From a virus: DNA of 64,000 nucleotides. Below are positions 42,159 through 52,100 of the stretch, in pieces. The position numbers were made by a program, and so were the translations under genes. The DNA lies in the IMG/VR virus record IMGVR_UViG_3300037961_004224, positions 62,254 to 126,253 of that record; one strand, written 5' to 3'. The notes under the pieces were generated by a model. That model did no database searches. It saw nothing but the letters and a program-made list of their open reading frames with translations, and had not been told where the DNA came from. The stretch's first letter is position 1. The number at the start of each line of letters is the position of its first letter.

Positions 42159-44315
42159 TTAGTTCCCATATTTATAATAAATACAATAAGATGCCCTCAT
42201 ATCACGCACTTGCTCTATGGTAAGTTTGCCTAACTGCTTTTCTGCACTAGCAAGCCAAGTATCAAATTCTGCATGTATTGACTTTTCTGGTTTTTCAGCA
42301 GCTTGAGCAACAGTGGTGTTATTTATAGGTTCTCCTATATTTAAATTACACAATATTTCAAATTTTATTCTTTCTAGCTCTTGAAATTCTTCAGAATTAA
42401 GGTTTCTTAGTGAAGATTTACTATATGAAGCTAAAACAATTGGATTAATTAATTCAGATATTTTTTCTTGAGCCTTTTTGACCCATAGTTCAGAAGAAGC
42501 TTTCAGCTTTGGCTGGAACCCTTTAGGCTTTCTGGTGGTTGTATCCCCAGAATTTTTAGGTCTACCTTGCTCTCCGGGTGCAGAAGGCTCTTCAATTCTA
42601 GGCGAATTTTGTTTTCTTCTACTGTCCCTAATATCTACCAAAGATTTTTCACCATTCTTTCTTTCATTCAATTCTAGCCCCACCTCTGAAGGAGAGCTTA
42701 CTCCGGTTTGCAAAGCGATTTTCTTTAGCGAGTGATTTTTATCAACTGAATGATAAGGACTTACTTTTTCATCTTTGCTTTTGTTTTCTGAGATTACTCT
42801 TCTATTCTCAATGTCTGGCGTAGCTTTAATGTGTCTTTGTACAAACTCGTCGCTAACTATGTTTCTATCAGCCATATTAAGTAGTAGAGTTGTCATTGCT
42901 GCTGGATCTTCTAAATACATTATATCAAACTCAACGATAGCTGGTTGACGAAAACCCATAGCTTTTTGAACAATTTTTATTTGTTCTTTCCAGAAATCAA
43001 TGATAATGTTTCTTACGTAATTTAGTCTTTCTACTAATGTTTTTAATGCTATAAAATTATTTGTAGTTCCACTAGCTCCAAAAGTTCCAGTTAATGTTGG
43101 AGGTATGCCCAGTGCCGAATAAATAGCCATTAGAGTAGGTTTGTATTTTTCTTCTCCAAGATATGATTGAATATCACTGCTTGTTTCTAGCAATTCAATA
43201 TCTGGACCCCAGACAATATCAACAGTACCTCCACCTACATTTGCACCAAGCATATCGGCAAGAGTTGAAGATGCTGTTGGTGTGGGTGCTAATTTGTGTT
43301 CTAAGCTACCTATTTTCCAAACTCTAATCTTGTTCATAGCACCGTCTAATGCGGCTTTATCAGTAAGCTGGAGTCTTTGGTAAAGGTTAAGAGGCTCGAA
43401 TGCTGAATATGTCATTGGATCGGCCCAAGTTTGCCAATCGTCTTTTTTATAGTAGTAAATGCTAGTTTTATCTGGAGGCAATATTACTTTATTATTACCG
43501 CTTACTGCACGTAATATATCTGGAGATATTTTTTCTAGCACTTGTTGTGCAACGTCTCCATCTGGCCCATTAGATGCCATTTCAAGTTTTTTTATTTCAT
43601 TTTGCAATGCCAATGGAATCTTCAATGCCAAAACTTTATCCTTAGACAAATTAGCAACAGAACCACCAAGAGGTTCAACCAAGATAGGGTCTATAAAATT
43701 GTACCGCCAAGGTATCTCATTCTTAGTAAATTCTATTGCGTCGATATCAATACTAATGTCACTTGCAGCTACAGATCTTTGCATCTCTAGTCTTTTTCTT
43801 TTATTTACTTTTGCAGTGTACCACCTTATGGGGACATTAGCTTCTCTAAAGAGAAGATGACCGAGACGCTCTGAGACTCTTTTACCCTGAACTTGCTCAA
43901 ACCAATCATTGTAAAATCTTTCAATTCTTTTATTAGGGTGAACAAGTCTTATACCTTGTGCAGAAAAATCACCCATCAAGTCAATGGCATTATGAATCAG
44001 CCCAATTCTTCTATAAGCATATCTAGCAAAAGCAATGATATCTTTTGGTTTGGTTGGTGCTGCTTGTCCGGGCCTAAACCAATCAAAATCCGATGCTCTG
44101 AGTCCCGGTCTGCCGTCTGCGTAGGTAGTCAGCCCTCTAAAATCTCTTGATGTTGAAGATGCGACAGAATGTGAAGATTCTTCTAAAGCTTTGCTATAAG
44201 TCGTAAAAGCAAGAGCTTTTTCTTGTTCACTATCTGTGTCCCAACTCATATAAGCAGGCTTATCGGATAGATAGTTTGAAGCTTGAGCTTCTGATTTTGG
44301 ATATTTTTTAGACAT
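42159..44315 (-). CDS. Portal protein, 718 aa
   Basis: Lies between the terminase and protease genes; motifs (IGLIHNAIDLM, DDWQTWADP, LGIPPTL) and size fit a portal. Confidence 0.8.
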   Translation of the reverse strand: MSKKYPKSEAQASNYLSDKPAYMSWDTDSEQEKALAFTTYSKALEESSHSVASSTSRDFRGLTTYADGRPGLRASDFDWFRPGQAAPTKPKDIIAFARYAYRRIGLIHNAIDLMGDFSAQGIRLVHPNKRIERFYNDWFEQVQGKRVSERLGHLLFREANVPIRWYTAKVNKRKRLEMQRSVAASDISIDIDAIEFTKNEIPWRYNFIDPILVEPLGGSVANLSKDKVLALKIPLALQNEIKKLEMASNGPDGDVAQQVLEKISPDILRAVSGNNKVILPPDKTSIYYYKKDDWQTWADPMTYSAFEPLNLYQRLQLTDKAALDGAMNKIRVWKIGSLEHKLAPTPTASSTLADMLGANVGGGTVDIVWGPDIELLETSSDIQSYLGEEKYKPTLMAIYSALGIPPTLTGTFGASGTTNNFIALKTLVERLNYVRNIIIDFWKEQIKIVQKAMGFRQPAIVEFDIMYLEDPAAMTTLLLNMADRNIVSDEFVQRHIKATPDIENRRVISENKSKDEKVSPYHSVDKNHSLKKIALQTGVSSPSEVGLELNERKNGEKSLVDIRDSRRKQNSPRIEEPSAPGEQGRPKNSGDTTTRKPKGFQPKLKASSELWVKKAQEKISELINPIVLASYSKSSLRNLNSEEFQELERIKFEILCNLNIGEPINNTTVAQAAEKPEKSIHAEFDTWLASAEKQLGKLTIEQVRDMRASYCIYYKYGN

Positions 44316-44395
44316 AAATTATTTTCCCTTTATTTCCTTGCACATAACAATACCTATTGATAGTTACACCAATAGGCATTGAAAAGCAAAAATAT

Positions 44396-45217
44396 TTATT
44401 CGGGATTAACGCTTGATTGTGGAGGATAAAAAAACTGTGCCCCTTCTACACGATCTGTAAGTCTTCCAGTATTTCCATCATATCCACCATGAAGACCATC
44501 TGGGCAATATCCATCGTTTTTAGGGGATTCTTTGATACATATGGTTTCAGGACACTGACTGACTGTTGGATCAGCAAAGTTAGGACCGCCCGACCCAAAC
44601 GTTGCACATTCATCGCAAGCAATAGAACCTCCCATTTTTTGTGCAGGCTCTAAACCACTGTCTAACTCACAACAAAGTGTATGTTTTGTTCTATAACATA
44701 TCTTTGTATCATCGCAGGCAATTCCCGTATTAGTGAAAGCAATCGTTGCTTTTGCAAATTCATATGCCAAGTTTCCAAACTCGTCATAAGCAAATTCATA
44801 ATCAATAGGTATTCCTGTTATTTGGATATTTGCACCATTAGTCGATTCAACATCTAGCGTTATAGTGCAATCTATATCAACTGGGAGAGGAACTTCTTTT
44901 ACTGAATCTGGATAGCGGCCTCCGGGAACTGTCTCTCCTTTCTTACCAATACATTTTGAAAGACGAAAATTTAAATCATAAATAACAGCATCGTAACAAC
45001 CACAAACACCATCAGTCGGACTACCCAACTCTCCATATCCTCTATATTTTGCAACTGATCCACAATTTATATTAGAAACACAAAACCCTTCTTTATGATA
45101 ATCTGTTGAGGGGTCTCTATTTGATCTTTTAAGCCAGCTTGTAGAGCAAGGACATGCACATGGTTTATCAATATTCATATTATTTACTCCAACTTTTAAA
45201 TTAAAGGTGGACCCCAA
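44396..45217 (-). CDS. Cys-rich protein 1, 273 aa
   Basis: PCACPCS, CGCYD and further Cys; start resembles the two neighbours. Confidence 0.65.
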   Translation of the reverse strand: MGSTFNLKVGVNNMNIDKPCACPCSTSWLKRSNRDPSTDYHKEGFCVSNINCGSVAKYRGYGELGSPTDGVCGCYDAVIYDLNFRLSKCIGKKGETVPGGRYPDSVKEVPLPVDIDCTITLDVESTNGANIQITGIPIDYEFAYDEFGNLAYEFAKATIAFTNTGIACDDTKICYRTKHTLCCELDSGLEPAQKMGGSIACDECATFGSGGPNFADPTVSQCPETICIKESPKNDGYCPDGLHGGYDGNTGRLTDRVEGAQFFYPPQSSVNPE

Positions 45218-46065
45218 GGAGTTTCACCAGACGGATACGCATCGGTTGACGTAAAAATACCCGTAACAGCTATACCACTGTCATTAGCATCAGTTCCAAC
45301 AAAAACCTTCCCTGTATAGTCTTCTTGTCTTTCTAATACATCATGTAAAACTCTAATCCCGTTGGTATCTGTTCCTCCTGCATCGACATACTTATCATAA
45401 TAATCAATTGTAGTTGCTTTGGGCCAACCTTTAACTGTGACCAATCTAGTTCTTATTTTGGTGCAAGGTGATGGATTGCACTCTAATCGGGCTGTCGGTG
45501 GATTGATTTTCGACTTTAATATTTCGTCGATACACGGTTTCCATTGGTCTGTGTAGTTTCCACTTTCACAATTTACCAGATAAGCTACTCGATAAGTAAC
45601 AGTTGGAAAGTATCTTTTATCATCAATAACGCAGGATGGAACAGGATCAAAAACAAATTCAATACTTCCTTTGTAATCAGTATCGTCGTTTGTAATTCCA
45701 TCCCAAGGCTCTAGCGTGTCTTGAGTATAACCGGTACGGTTTAAAAAGTTTTGCACCTCTGGAAGTGCCCAACAACCTGTAGCGGCGGCATCGTCCCCAA
45801 AGTTAACAACATGTGGGGTGATGCCTGCATTAACAACGCAATTATATTGGTCTTCAGCGGGTGTTTCATCAACTGGACACTTTTTGATAATTGCAAAAAT
45901 ACTTGCAGGTATGACATCATAAACTCCAGCAAAACCTGATCCTCTAAAAGTAGGATGAGGAATAACCATATCGCTCCTGCTACCGCCTACTGCCTCATAA
46001 CTTGGTAAGATGCACCAAGGATGTCCTTGCTGTTTACAAGGACAGTTACAATTTGAATCTGACAT
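45196..46065 (-). CDS. Cys-rich protein 2, 289 aa
   Basis: CNCPCKQQGHPWC…KCPVDET..EDQY.CVVN.GITP…VNCESGN…DTNGIRVLHD…PSGETPWGPPL. Confidence 0.8.
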   Translation of the reverse strand: MSDSNCNCPCKQQGHPWCILPSYEAVGGSRSDMVIPHPTFRGSGFAGVYDVIPASIFAIIKKCPVDETPAEDQYNCVVNAGITPHVVNFGDDAAATGCWALPEVQNFLNRTGYTQDTLEPWDGITNDDTDYKGSIEFVFDPVPSCVIDDKRYFPTVTYRVAYLVNCESGNYTDQWKPCIDEILKSKINPPTARLECNPSPCTKIRTRLVTVKGWPKATTIDYYDKYVDAGGTDTNGIRVLHDVLERQEDYTGKVFVGTDANDSGIAVTGIFTSTDAYPSGETPWGPPLI

Positions 46066-46095
46066 AATATGGACCCGTTTATTTAAATTTTAAAA

Positions 46096-46926
46096 TTATC
46101 CACCACCCAAAGGAGGACTCCAAGGTGTATCCCCAGAAGGTAGAGCCTCAGAACCGCTAAGTATATAATCGCTAAGTATATCTAATGGAGATTCGGCTGG
46201 AAGAAAAACTCTGCCCCTGTAGGACTCATCTTGTTCTTCAAGTAAATCGTGTAAAGTTCTAACTCCATTTGTATCTGTAGCATCATCAGGTAAAGGCATT
46301 GTGCTTGGTTTAGAATCTCCACGAATCGGAATAAGTTTAGTGGTGGTTTGAACACACGGATGATCAGGACCACTTAAAATACCCCTTAAATCCTTATCTA
46401 TTATAGGTCTCCATCCTGATGAAATATTACCGCTTGTGCAATTAACTTGTAATGCTACCTTATAAGTAACTTCAAAGGGAACACCGCTACAAGTCGGAAC
46501 ATCACGTACAATAAACTCAGCAGAACCGTACCAGCGACAATCAACATCTCCACCATCAGGACCATGCGGCGTTAGTGTAACCCCAGCAATGTACCCAGTG
46601 TAATTCATAAAAGAATCTAAATTTACACCACAATTTTCAAATGGATTAAATGGATCTAAAACAGAGTATGGAGTTATACCCCCATTGACAACACATGCGT
46701 ATTGGTCTTCCATATTTGTTTCATCTACTGGACATTTATGCAGACATATTGGACCAATATTTACTTTTATTCTGTCATAAACTCCTATTGTCCCAGAACC
46801 CCTGTATTGTTCAGCATCAACTATACTTGTGCTTGTATGAATACTTGGAGAATCAAGACACCAAGGATGTCCCGCACGTTTGCATGGACAATTGCAATCC
46901 GAATCTTGTGTATGATATTCTGGCAT
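46096..46926 (-). CDS. Cys-rich protein 3, 276 aa; paralog of protein 2
   Basis: The same motifs occur in the same order (CNCPCKRAGHPWC…PSGDTPWSPPL). Confidence 0.8.
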   Translation of the reverse strand: MPEYHTQDSDCNCPCKRAGHPWCLDSPSIHTSTSIVDAEQYRGSGTIGVYDRIKVNIGPICLHKCPVDETNMEDQYACVVNGGITPYSVLDPFNPFENCGVNLDSFMNYTGYIAGVTLTPHGPDGGDVDCRWYGSAEFIVRDVPTCSGVPFEVTYKVALQVNCTSGNISSGWRPIIDKDLRGILSGPDHPCVQTTTKLIPIRGDSKPSTMPLPDDATDTNGVRTLHDLLEEQDESYRGRVFLPAESPLDILSDYILSGSEALPSGDTPWSPPLGGG

Positions 46927-46983
46927 AATATTAATCTTTCGTATTAGCGTGGTGGTTATAGTACTCTGATTAATACACCATGA

Positions 46984-49047
46984 TTAATTTCTTCTTATTA
47001 TTTTAACAGAAGCTGGATTATAGCCTGCTGCCCATTCTTGGCCATAATACATTTTATTTTCATCTTTCTTGCTTTCCATAGCATTAGCTACTCTACCAAT
47101 AACAGCATAAGAAGGATTGGGTATTTCCCTATGCATCGTTCTAGCAATCATGTTTGCAATAACAAGAGCAGAATAACGGTCTTTTCTCATTCTGCCCTTT
47201 TTACCAGTTCCTAGTTTTATCTCCGGTGTATCAAATTTTTCACGCCCAGATGCTGTACGAGTTACCATGATTGTGGATAATTCGGTCTTTAAATCTTCTA
47301 TATCCATTATAACATCTTCAAGCGTGTCATACAATTTTAATGCTGCACTATCTCCAATCTGATCTTTAAGTTTTTTGAATCTTGTTTCATCTTGTTTCGT
47401 GACCATTCCCAGAGTAAGTTGGTCAAATCTTGGAAATAGTAAAAATCTATCCTCCATGTCTTTTCTGAGTCCATGATTGGCTTGGGATGTCCATTCTGCA
47501 CTTGCAAAGTTTATATATTCTAAAATATGCAAACCGGGAAGACGGTCTGTATCTTTCGCCTTGTCCTCTATAATGGGCAATATGGCGACTTCATTTAATG
47601 CGGGGTCCATTTTATCGGGATCTCTTAAACCCTCTGCAATCGCGTATCCGCCGCCCTGAGAGTCAATGCCAATTTTAACGCATGGAAAAACTTGCATCAA
47701 GTCTCTGATTTTTCTAACACAAAATCCATAATAATCATTTACTTCAGTAAGGCCCAGCTTTTTTCTGTTTTGAAAATCTTTTTTATTTGTTGTCCAAGAG
47801 TAAACTATTCTTTGATGCTGCTCATGAATCTCCATAACTATCAAAGCGAAGTTATCAACCTCACTAGCGGGGTCAATTCCAAATATATACTGCTTGTCTT
47901 GACTTCCGCGAGTCATAGCATCAAACGGCCCCTCACACCAAGTCGGCCAATTTTCTTTCGCAACATTTTTGTCGCTCGCCACACATGCCTCTATAACAGT
48001 TCTTTTGAAGAATCCTTGTGAGTCCTTTGCAAAACATGCACCATACTCCATTAAATAAATTCCACTATGCATCGTAGCACGAGAGCGTGATACCTGCTGG
48101 TCATCCATAAAACCTTCAGGAATAAGCTCGTATGGCATTCTTATTATAGAGAACTCTTTATAATTAAGACGTTTCATATATTCTGGTATATCTTCAGCAT
48201 TTCCATCCTCAATTAGTTTTTCTATATTGCCGCCGCTTTTAATTGTTTTTTGATATTTACGATGGTAATCTGCATAAGGCTCAAAATCATAGCCCGCCGT
48301 TCCCGAAAGAATAGATTGGTTGCGATGCCTTTCATTAAATTTTTCTTCTTGCTTTTCAGACCAAACACCATCTTCTTGCATAGCTTTTCTTGTCGCAGCT
48401 TCTTTTACATTTCCAGCAGGGTCTTTAGAAACAGCCGCAAAACCAGCAACAACAGTTTCATATATTTCAACAGGTATCGAATTAAATTCGTCTGCTATGA
48501 TTGTATGAGCACGAAGACCACGAATCTTGCTTCCATCGCCCAATGGTACTGCTATGGTCCAACTATCATTGACCTTCAAAGTACATCTGTCAACATCTCT
48601 GCGAGGACCACTAGCATCATTACAAAGGCTTCTATAGATTGGTGCATTACGCCAAATAACATCCATGTACTCAAATATGACTTTTGATTGCCTGAATGCA
48701 GCACCAACAATTACAATTTTAGATCCGGGTATAAGAAGGCATCTTAGTGCCGCATAAACAGCAAGAAGGTATGATTTTCCAAAACCTCGACTGGCAATAT
48801 ACATAGGGAAAGACTTGTTCCAAAGTTCTTGTAGTATTACTACTTGTTCTGGAAGCAAGTCAACATTGAGTAGCGTTTTTACAGTCCAATGCATATATTT
48901 TGGATTACGCATTATTTTTAATATATGAAGATGGAAATTATTTTGTTCCCACTCAGTAAGATTTGTAAGCGGGTTTTTGATATCTTTTACATCTTCTTTT
49001 TTCAGTCTTAGCCAAGCATACTGATAATCTTCAACATCGTAACTCAT
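46984..49047 (-). CDS. terL: Terminase large subunit, 687 aa
   Basis: Walker A ASRGFGKS, Walker B IIADE, RNase H-like nuclease FGIDPAS…IGIDS…KDRYSA. Confidence 0.92.
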   Translation of the reverse strand: MSYDVEDYQYAWLRLKKEDVKDIKNPLTNLTEWEQNNFHLHILKIMRNPKYMHWTVKTLLNVDLLPEQVVILQELWNKSFPMYIASRGFGKSYLLAVYAALRCLLIPGSKIVIVGAAFRQSKVIFEYMDVIWRNAPIYRSLCNDASGPRRDVDRCTLKVNDSWTIAVPLGDGSKIRGLRAHTIIADEFNSIPVEIYETVVAGFAAVSKDPAGNVKEAATRKAMQEDGVWSEKQEEKFNERHRNQSILSGTAGYDFEPYADYHRKYQKTIKSGGNIEKLIEDGNAEDIPEYMKRLNYKEFSIIRMPYELIPEGFMDDQQVSRSRATMHSGIYLMEYGACFAKDSQGFFKRTVIEACVASDKNVAKENWPTWCEGPFDAMTRGSQDKQYIFGIDPASEVDNFALIVMEIHEQHQRIVYSWTTNKKDFQNRKKLGLTEVNDYYGFCVRKIRDLMQVFPCVKIGIDSQGGGYAIAEGLRDPDKMDPALNEVAILPIIEDKAKDTDRLPGLHILEYINFASAEWTSQANHGLRKDMEDRFLLFPRFDQLTLGMVTKQDETRFKKLKDQIGDSAALKLYDTLEDVIMDIEDLKTELSTIMVTRTASGREKFDTPEIKLGTGKKGRMRKDRYSALVIANMIARTMHREIPNPSYAVIGRVANAMESKKDENKMYYGQEWAAGYNPASVKIIRRN

Positions 49048-49498
49048 GTGCTTTTCTTAAAATCCTATATGCTACTTGTTCTGCTTTGTACCTATCTCCA
49101 CAAGCCAAGACATGTATACCATAATCCTCTCTGGCTGTGTATATTACTTTTCTTATGTAGGCTGCCGGTATTCTCAATCTTTTTCTTACTCTCTCTGGGA
49201 CTTTAGCAGATTTAGGATAGTTATTAATATCATCCCAACTAAATTCAAAAAGAATATATGCGTGTTTGCATTCTGACATTCTTTTCATGCAAGCTTGCCA
49301 TCTTTTTTCTATACAATTATGTGCAAACTCATCAATAGATTGTTTTCTTTCAATGCATACATAATCTTCTAAACCGTCTATCGTATAGTCACCAGCATTT
49401 ACTTTATTTACAACAGTTCCTTCACAATATGCATCAGGAGCAAAAGACCATCCGTGGTCAGGTTTTTCCCTCGTGTCTCTTATTACTGTAAACTTCAT
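49031..49498 (-). CDS. ERCC4/XPF-domain nuclease, 155 aa
   Basis: Motifs IRDTRE, AGDYTI, CIERKQSIDE (GDX…ERK signature). Confidence 0.8.
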   Translation of the reverse strand: MKFTVIRDTREKPDHGWSFAPDAYCEGTVVNKVNAGDYTIDGLEDYVCIERKQSIDEFAHNCIEKRWQACMKRMSECKHAYILFEFSWDDINNYPKSAKVPERVRKRLRIPAAYIRKVIYTAREDYGIHVLACGDRYKAEQVAYRILRKAHELRC

Positions 49499-49878
49499 GC
49501 TTCATCTTCTTTATTTTTATTAAACTGTTTTATTTTGTCAAGCATTTGCCATTCTAATATTTTTAAGAAAAAACCTTCATAGTCATGTTCTTTACCTTTA
49601 ATATCATCGTGACATTTCTTGCAAAGCGTTATGCCATTTGCAGTAACAAATCTCATTCCCGGATAATTTGCCCAAGTTTTTATATGATGAACTTGTAACC
49701 TATGACGAGAGCAACATCCCGGCCACTGACACTGGTGGTTGTCTCGTTTCTTTATGTCTTCTCGCCATTTTGTATATTCAGGACTTTTATAGTCTCTAGA
49801 GTCCTTTCTGTATTTAGCCTTTTTAAATTTGTTGTACTTTTTCTGAGTGTATGGTTTGCGTTTCTTCTTCGCCATCAA
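49495..49878 (-). CDS. HNH endonuclease, 127 aa
   Basis: RDNHQCQWPGC…VHHI…NGITLCKKCH. Confidence 0.88.
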   Translation of the reverse strand: MMAKKKRKPYTQKKYNKFKKAKYRKDSRDYKSPEYTKWREDIKKRDNHQCQWPGCCSRHRLQVHHIKTWANYPGMRFVTANGITLCKKCHDDIKGKEHDYEGFFLKILEWQMLDKIKQFNKNKEDEA

Positions 49879-50983
49879 TGTCCCTCCGAACCATTCTTTT
49901 TACTAACTCTTTGAAAGATACCTTTGGTTCCCACTTTAAAACTTCTTTTGCTTTAGTAGGTCTACCGCAAAGATATTCAACTTCGGCGGGTCTGTAAAAT
50001 TTAGGATCAATGACGACATAAGGTTCAAAGTCTTGTATGTTAATTTCATTAAAAGCCTCTCGTAAAAAATCACGAACAGAGTAAGTTTCTCCAGTAGCAA
50101 TAACAAAATCCTGCGGATCATCTTGTTGAACCATGAGCCACATGGCCTCAACGTAATCTTTTGCATGTCCCCAGTCTCGATAAGCATCTAAGTTACCAAG
50201 ACGCAATTTAGGAAATGTTGAGTTGTTTGGGCCTAAAACCAAATCGTTTCCATTCTGAGGTGGATCATTAACAAAGCCTACACTCATTGCCCATCGTTTG
50301 AACTCTCCAATCCATTTAGTTATTTTGCGTGTAACAAATTGTTCACCTCTTCTTTCACTTTCGTGGTTAAATAAGATACCACAGCAAGCGTGTATTCCAT
50401 AGCCCTCTCGGTATATTCTAACCATGTGATGTGCTGACAGTTTTGCAGCGGCATAAGGACTTTGTGGCATAAAAGCAGTATTCTCATCTTGATATTTCTT
50501 GTAATCATACAAGCCTTTACCATTAACGCCATCAACAACAATATTATTGTCTTTTACAATAAGTGTTGCATGATCATCTACTGTATAGTTTTTACCAAAA
50601 AGTTCACTTGTTGATGCTTGATAAAATTTAGTTTCAGGAGAAAACTTCTGTATACCTTCAAGAAAATAAATTGGACCAAGTGCATCTACCGCAAAAGTAT
50701 AATGTGGTTGGTCGAACGATGTCTTAACATGAGATTGTGCAGCAAGATTATATATTTCATCAAACTGCCCTTTCTGCACTATTGAATACACCGAAAAAGC
50801 ATCACTCAAATCTCCTTCTACCAAAGAAAAATTTTCATTTGTAAGAATACTACTAATTCTATCTAAATTAGGCATACTGCTTCTTCTTACCAAACCTACA
50901 ACAGAGTATCCTTTTGACAACAATAATTCTGCTAAATAAGATCCATCTTGTCCTGTAATTCCTGTAATTAGAGCTTTTTTCAT
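49823..50983 (-). CDS. gmd: GDP-mannose 4,6-dehydratase
   Basis: ALITGITGQDGSYLAE, YNLAAQSHV, YQASTSELFG, PQSPYAAAK, GILFNHES, RDWGHAKDYV, FYRPAEV. Confidence 0.95.
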   Translation of the reverse strand: MKKALITGITGQDGSYLAELLLSKGYSVVGLVRRSSMPNLDRISSILTNENFSLVEGDLSDAFSVYSIVQKGQFDEIYNLAAQSHVKTSFDQPHYTFAVDALGPIYFLEGIQKFSPETKFYQASTSELFGKNYTVDDHATLIVKDNNIVVDGVNGKGLYDYKKYQDENTAFMPQSPYAAAKLSAHHMVRIYREGYGIHACCGILFNHESERRGEQFVTRKITKWIGEFKRWAMSVGFVNDPPQNGNDLVLGPNNSTFPKLRLGNLDAYRDWGHAKDYVEAMWLMVQQDDPQDFVIATGETYSVRDFLREAFNEINIQDFEPYVVIDPKFYRPAEVEYLCGRPTKAKEVLKWEPKVSFKELVKRMVRRDIDGEEETQTIHSEKVQQI

Positions 50984-50984
50984 T

Positions 50985-52100
50985 TTACTCTTCTCCTCTC
51001 TGTGGTTCTTGAAATGATTGTTTTTGATTTAGTATTAGTAAAGTATATAGAAGTAATTTCCTAGCAAAGTCGCTGGATAAATATTTATCGGAAAAATCAG
51101 AGGCATTGTTAGATAATTTCATCTGCTCTTCTGGTTCATGTATTAGATATTGGAATACCTCCATCAAATTATGAGTATCTACCTCTAATAGATGTTTTGA
51201 GGATTGAAGAAGAGGATAAAACCATTCTACAAAATCATCTTGAGGATTTCTTATTTTGATAACAACAGAGTTAGATTTAAGTTGCCAAGGCAATCTACCC
51301 CACGCTGAAGTATGACCATCTACAGATAGTTGGAATTTATACTTTAGTTGCTCTTGAATAGTTACCTTTTCTTCTTCTTGACAAAAGTGGCCTGACTCAG
51401 AAAGTCCCGGAAAATATTTTTCTACTTCTTCTACAACGCCTGCCCATTCTTCGTCATCAAATTTTGGAGGCTTCATAATTTTACAAGACCACAAATCGGG
51501 TGCTTGTTTAGCCATCCAAGCCATTTGAAGTCTTTGGTTGTATTGTATGCCGTGACCATTCCATCCGATATTGGTCAAAGATCCGGCAAATGACATTTTG
51601 TTTTGTTTGTGAAGAATAGGCTTGTCAAGATAATCAACCATTTCATATTCTACATGACCATAAATAGAATTCAAGCTTGGCATAAGTATAGAATTTGAAA
51701 AAGAATTCTTACTGAATGTTAATGCCGGTACATGCTGCATTTTATCAACAGGCATGTCGCTTAAACAAATGGGAATAACCAAATTCAACTCATCCATCAA
51801 ATTGCCAATTTCTGGATTTGATCTTGATAAATCTTGAAGTGTTTTTGCCATTATAGAAGTTCTGTTTTTTATAGAAAACTTTTCTTCGTATAAATGTTCA
51901 TTCTTCAACAATCCAAAGTCGCCTTTATAAAAATGTGCTACAACATCAGATGGTCCTAGTTTATAATGATCAATAACGTATTGAGGTGGTAAGTTTTCAA
52001 AAGATGATGTTTGATGGTCAACTATATCTGCGACATCATCGGGTATTTCTAGTATCTTTTTAATTTGTTCTTTTGAAGTTACTTTCTTTCCTGATATCAT
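50985..52100 (-). CDS. Glycosyltransferase family 90 (CAP10/POGLUT-like) protein, 371 aa
   Basis: KYKFQLSVDGHTSAWGRLPWQLKSNSVVIK…EWFYPLL…H matches the GT90 C-terminal signature. Confidence 0.7.
   Translation of the reverse strand: MISGKKVTSKEQIKKILEIPDDVADIVDHQTSSFENLPPQYVIDHYKLGPSDVVAHFYKGDFGLLKNEHLYEEKFSIKNRTSIMAKTLQDLSRSNPEIGNLMDELNLVIPICLSDMPVDKMQHVPALTFSKNSFSNSILMPSLNSIYGHVEYEMVDYLDKPILHKQNKMSFAGSLTNIGWNGHGIQYNQRLQMAWMAKQAPDLWSCKIMKPPKFDDEEWAGVVEEVEKYFPGLSESGHFCQEEEKVTIQEQLKYKFQLSVDGHTSAWGRLPWQLKSNSVVIKIRNPQDDFVEWFYPLLQSSKHLLEVDTHNLMEVFQYLIHEPEEQMKLSNNASDFSDKYLSSDFARKLLLYTLLILNQKQSFQEPQRGEE

Noticed and set aside
44396-46926. True EGF repeats or the POGLUT1 sequon CxSx[P/A]C in the Cys-rich proteins
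   Set aside because: The six-Cys EGF spacing and the exact sequon were not found by eye (closest: CNPSPC).
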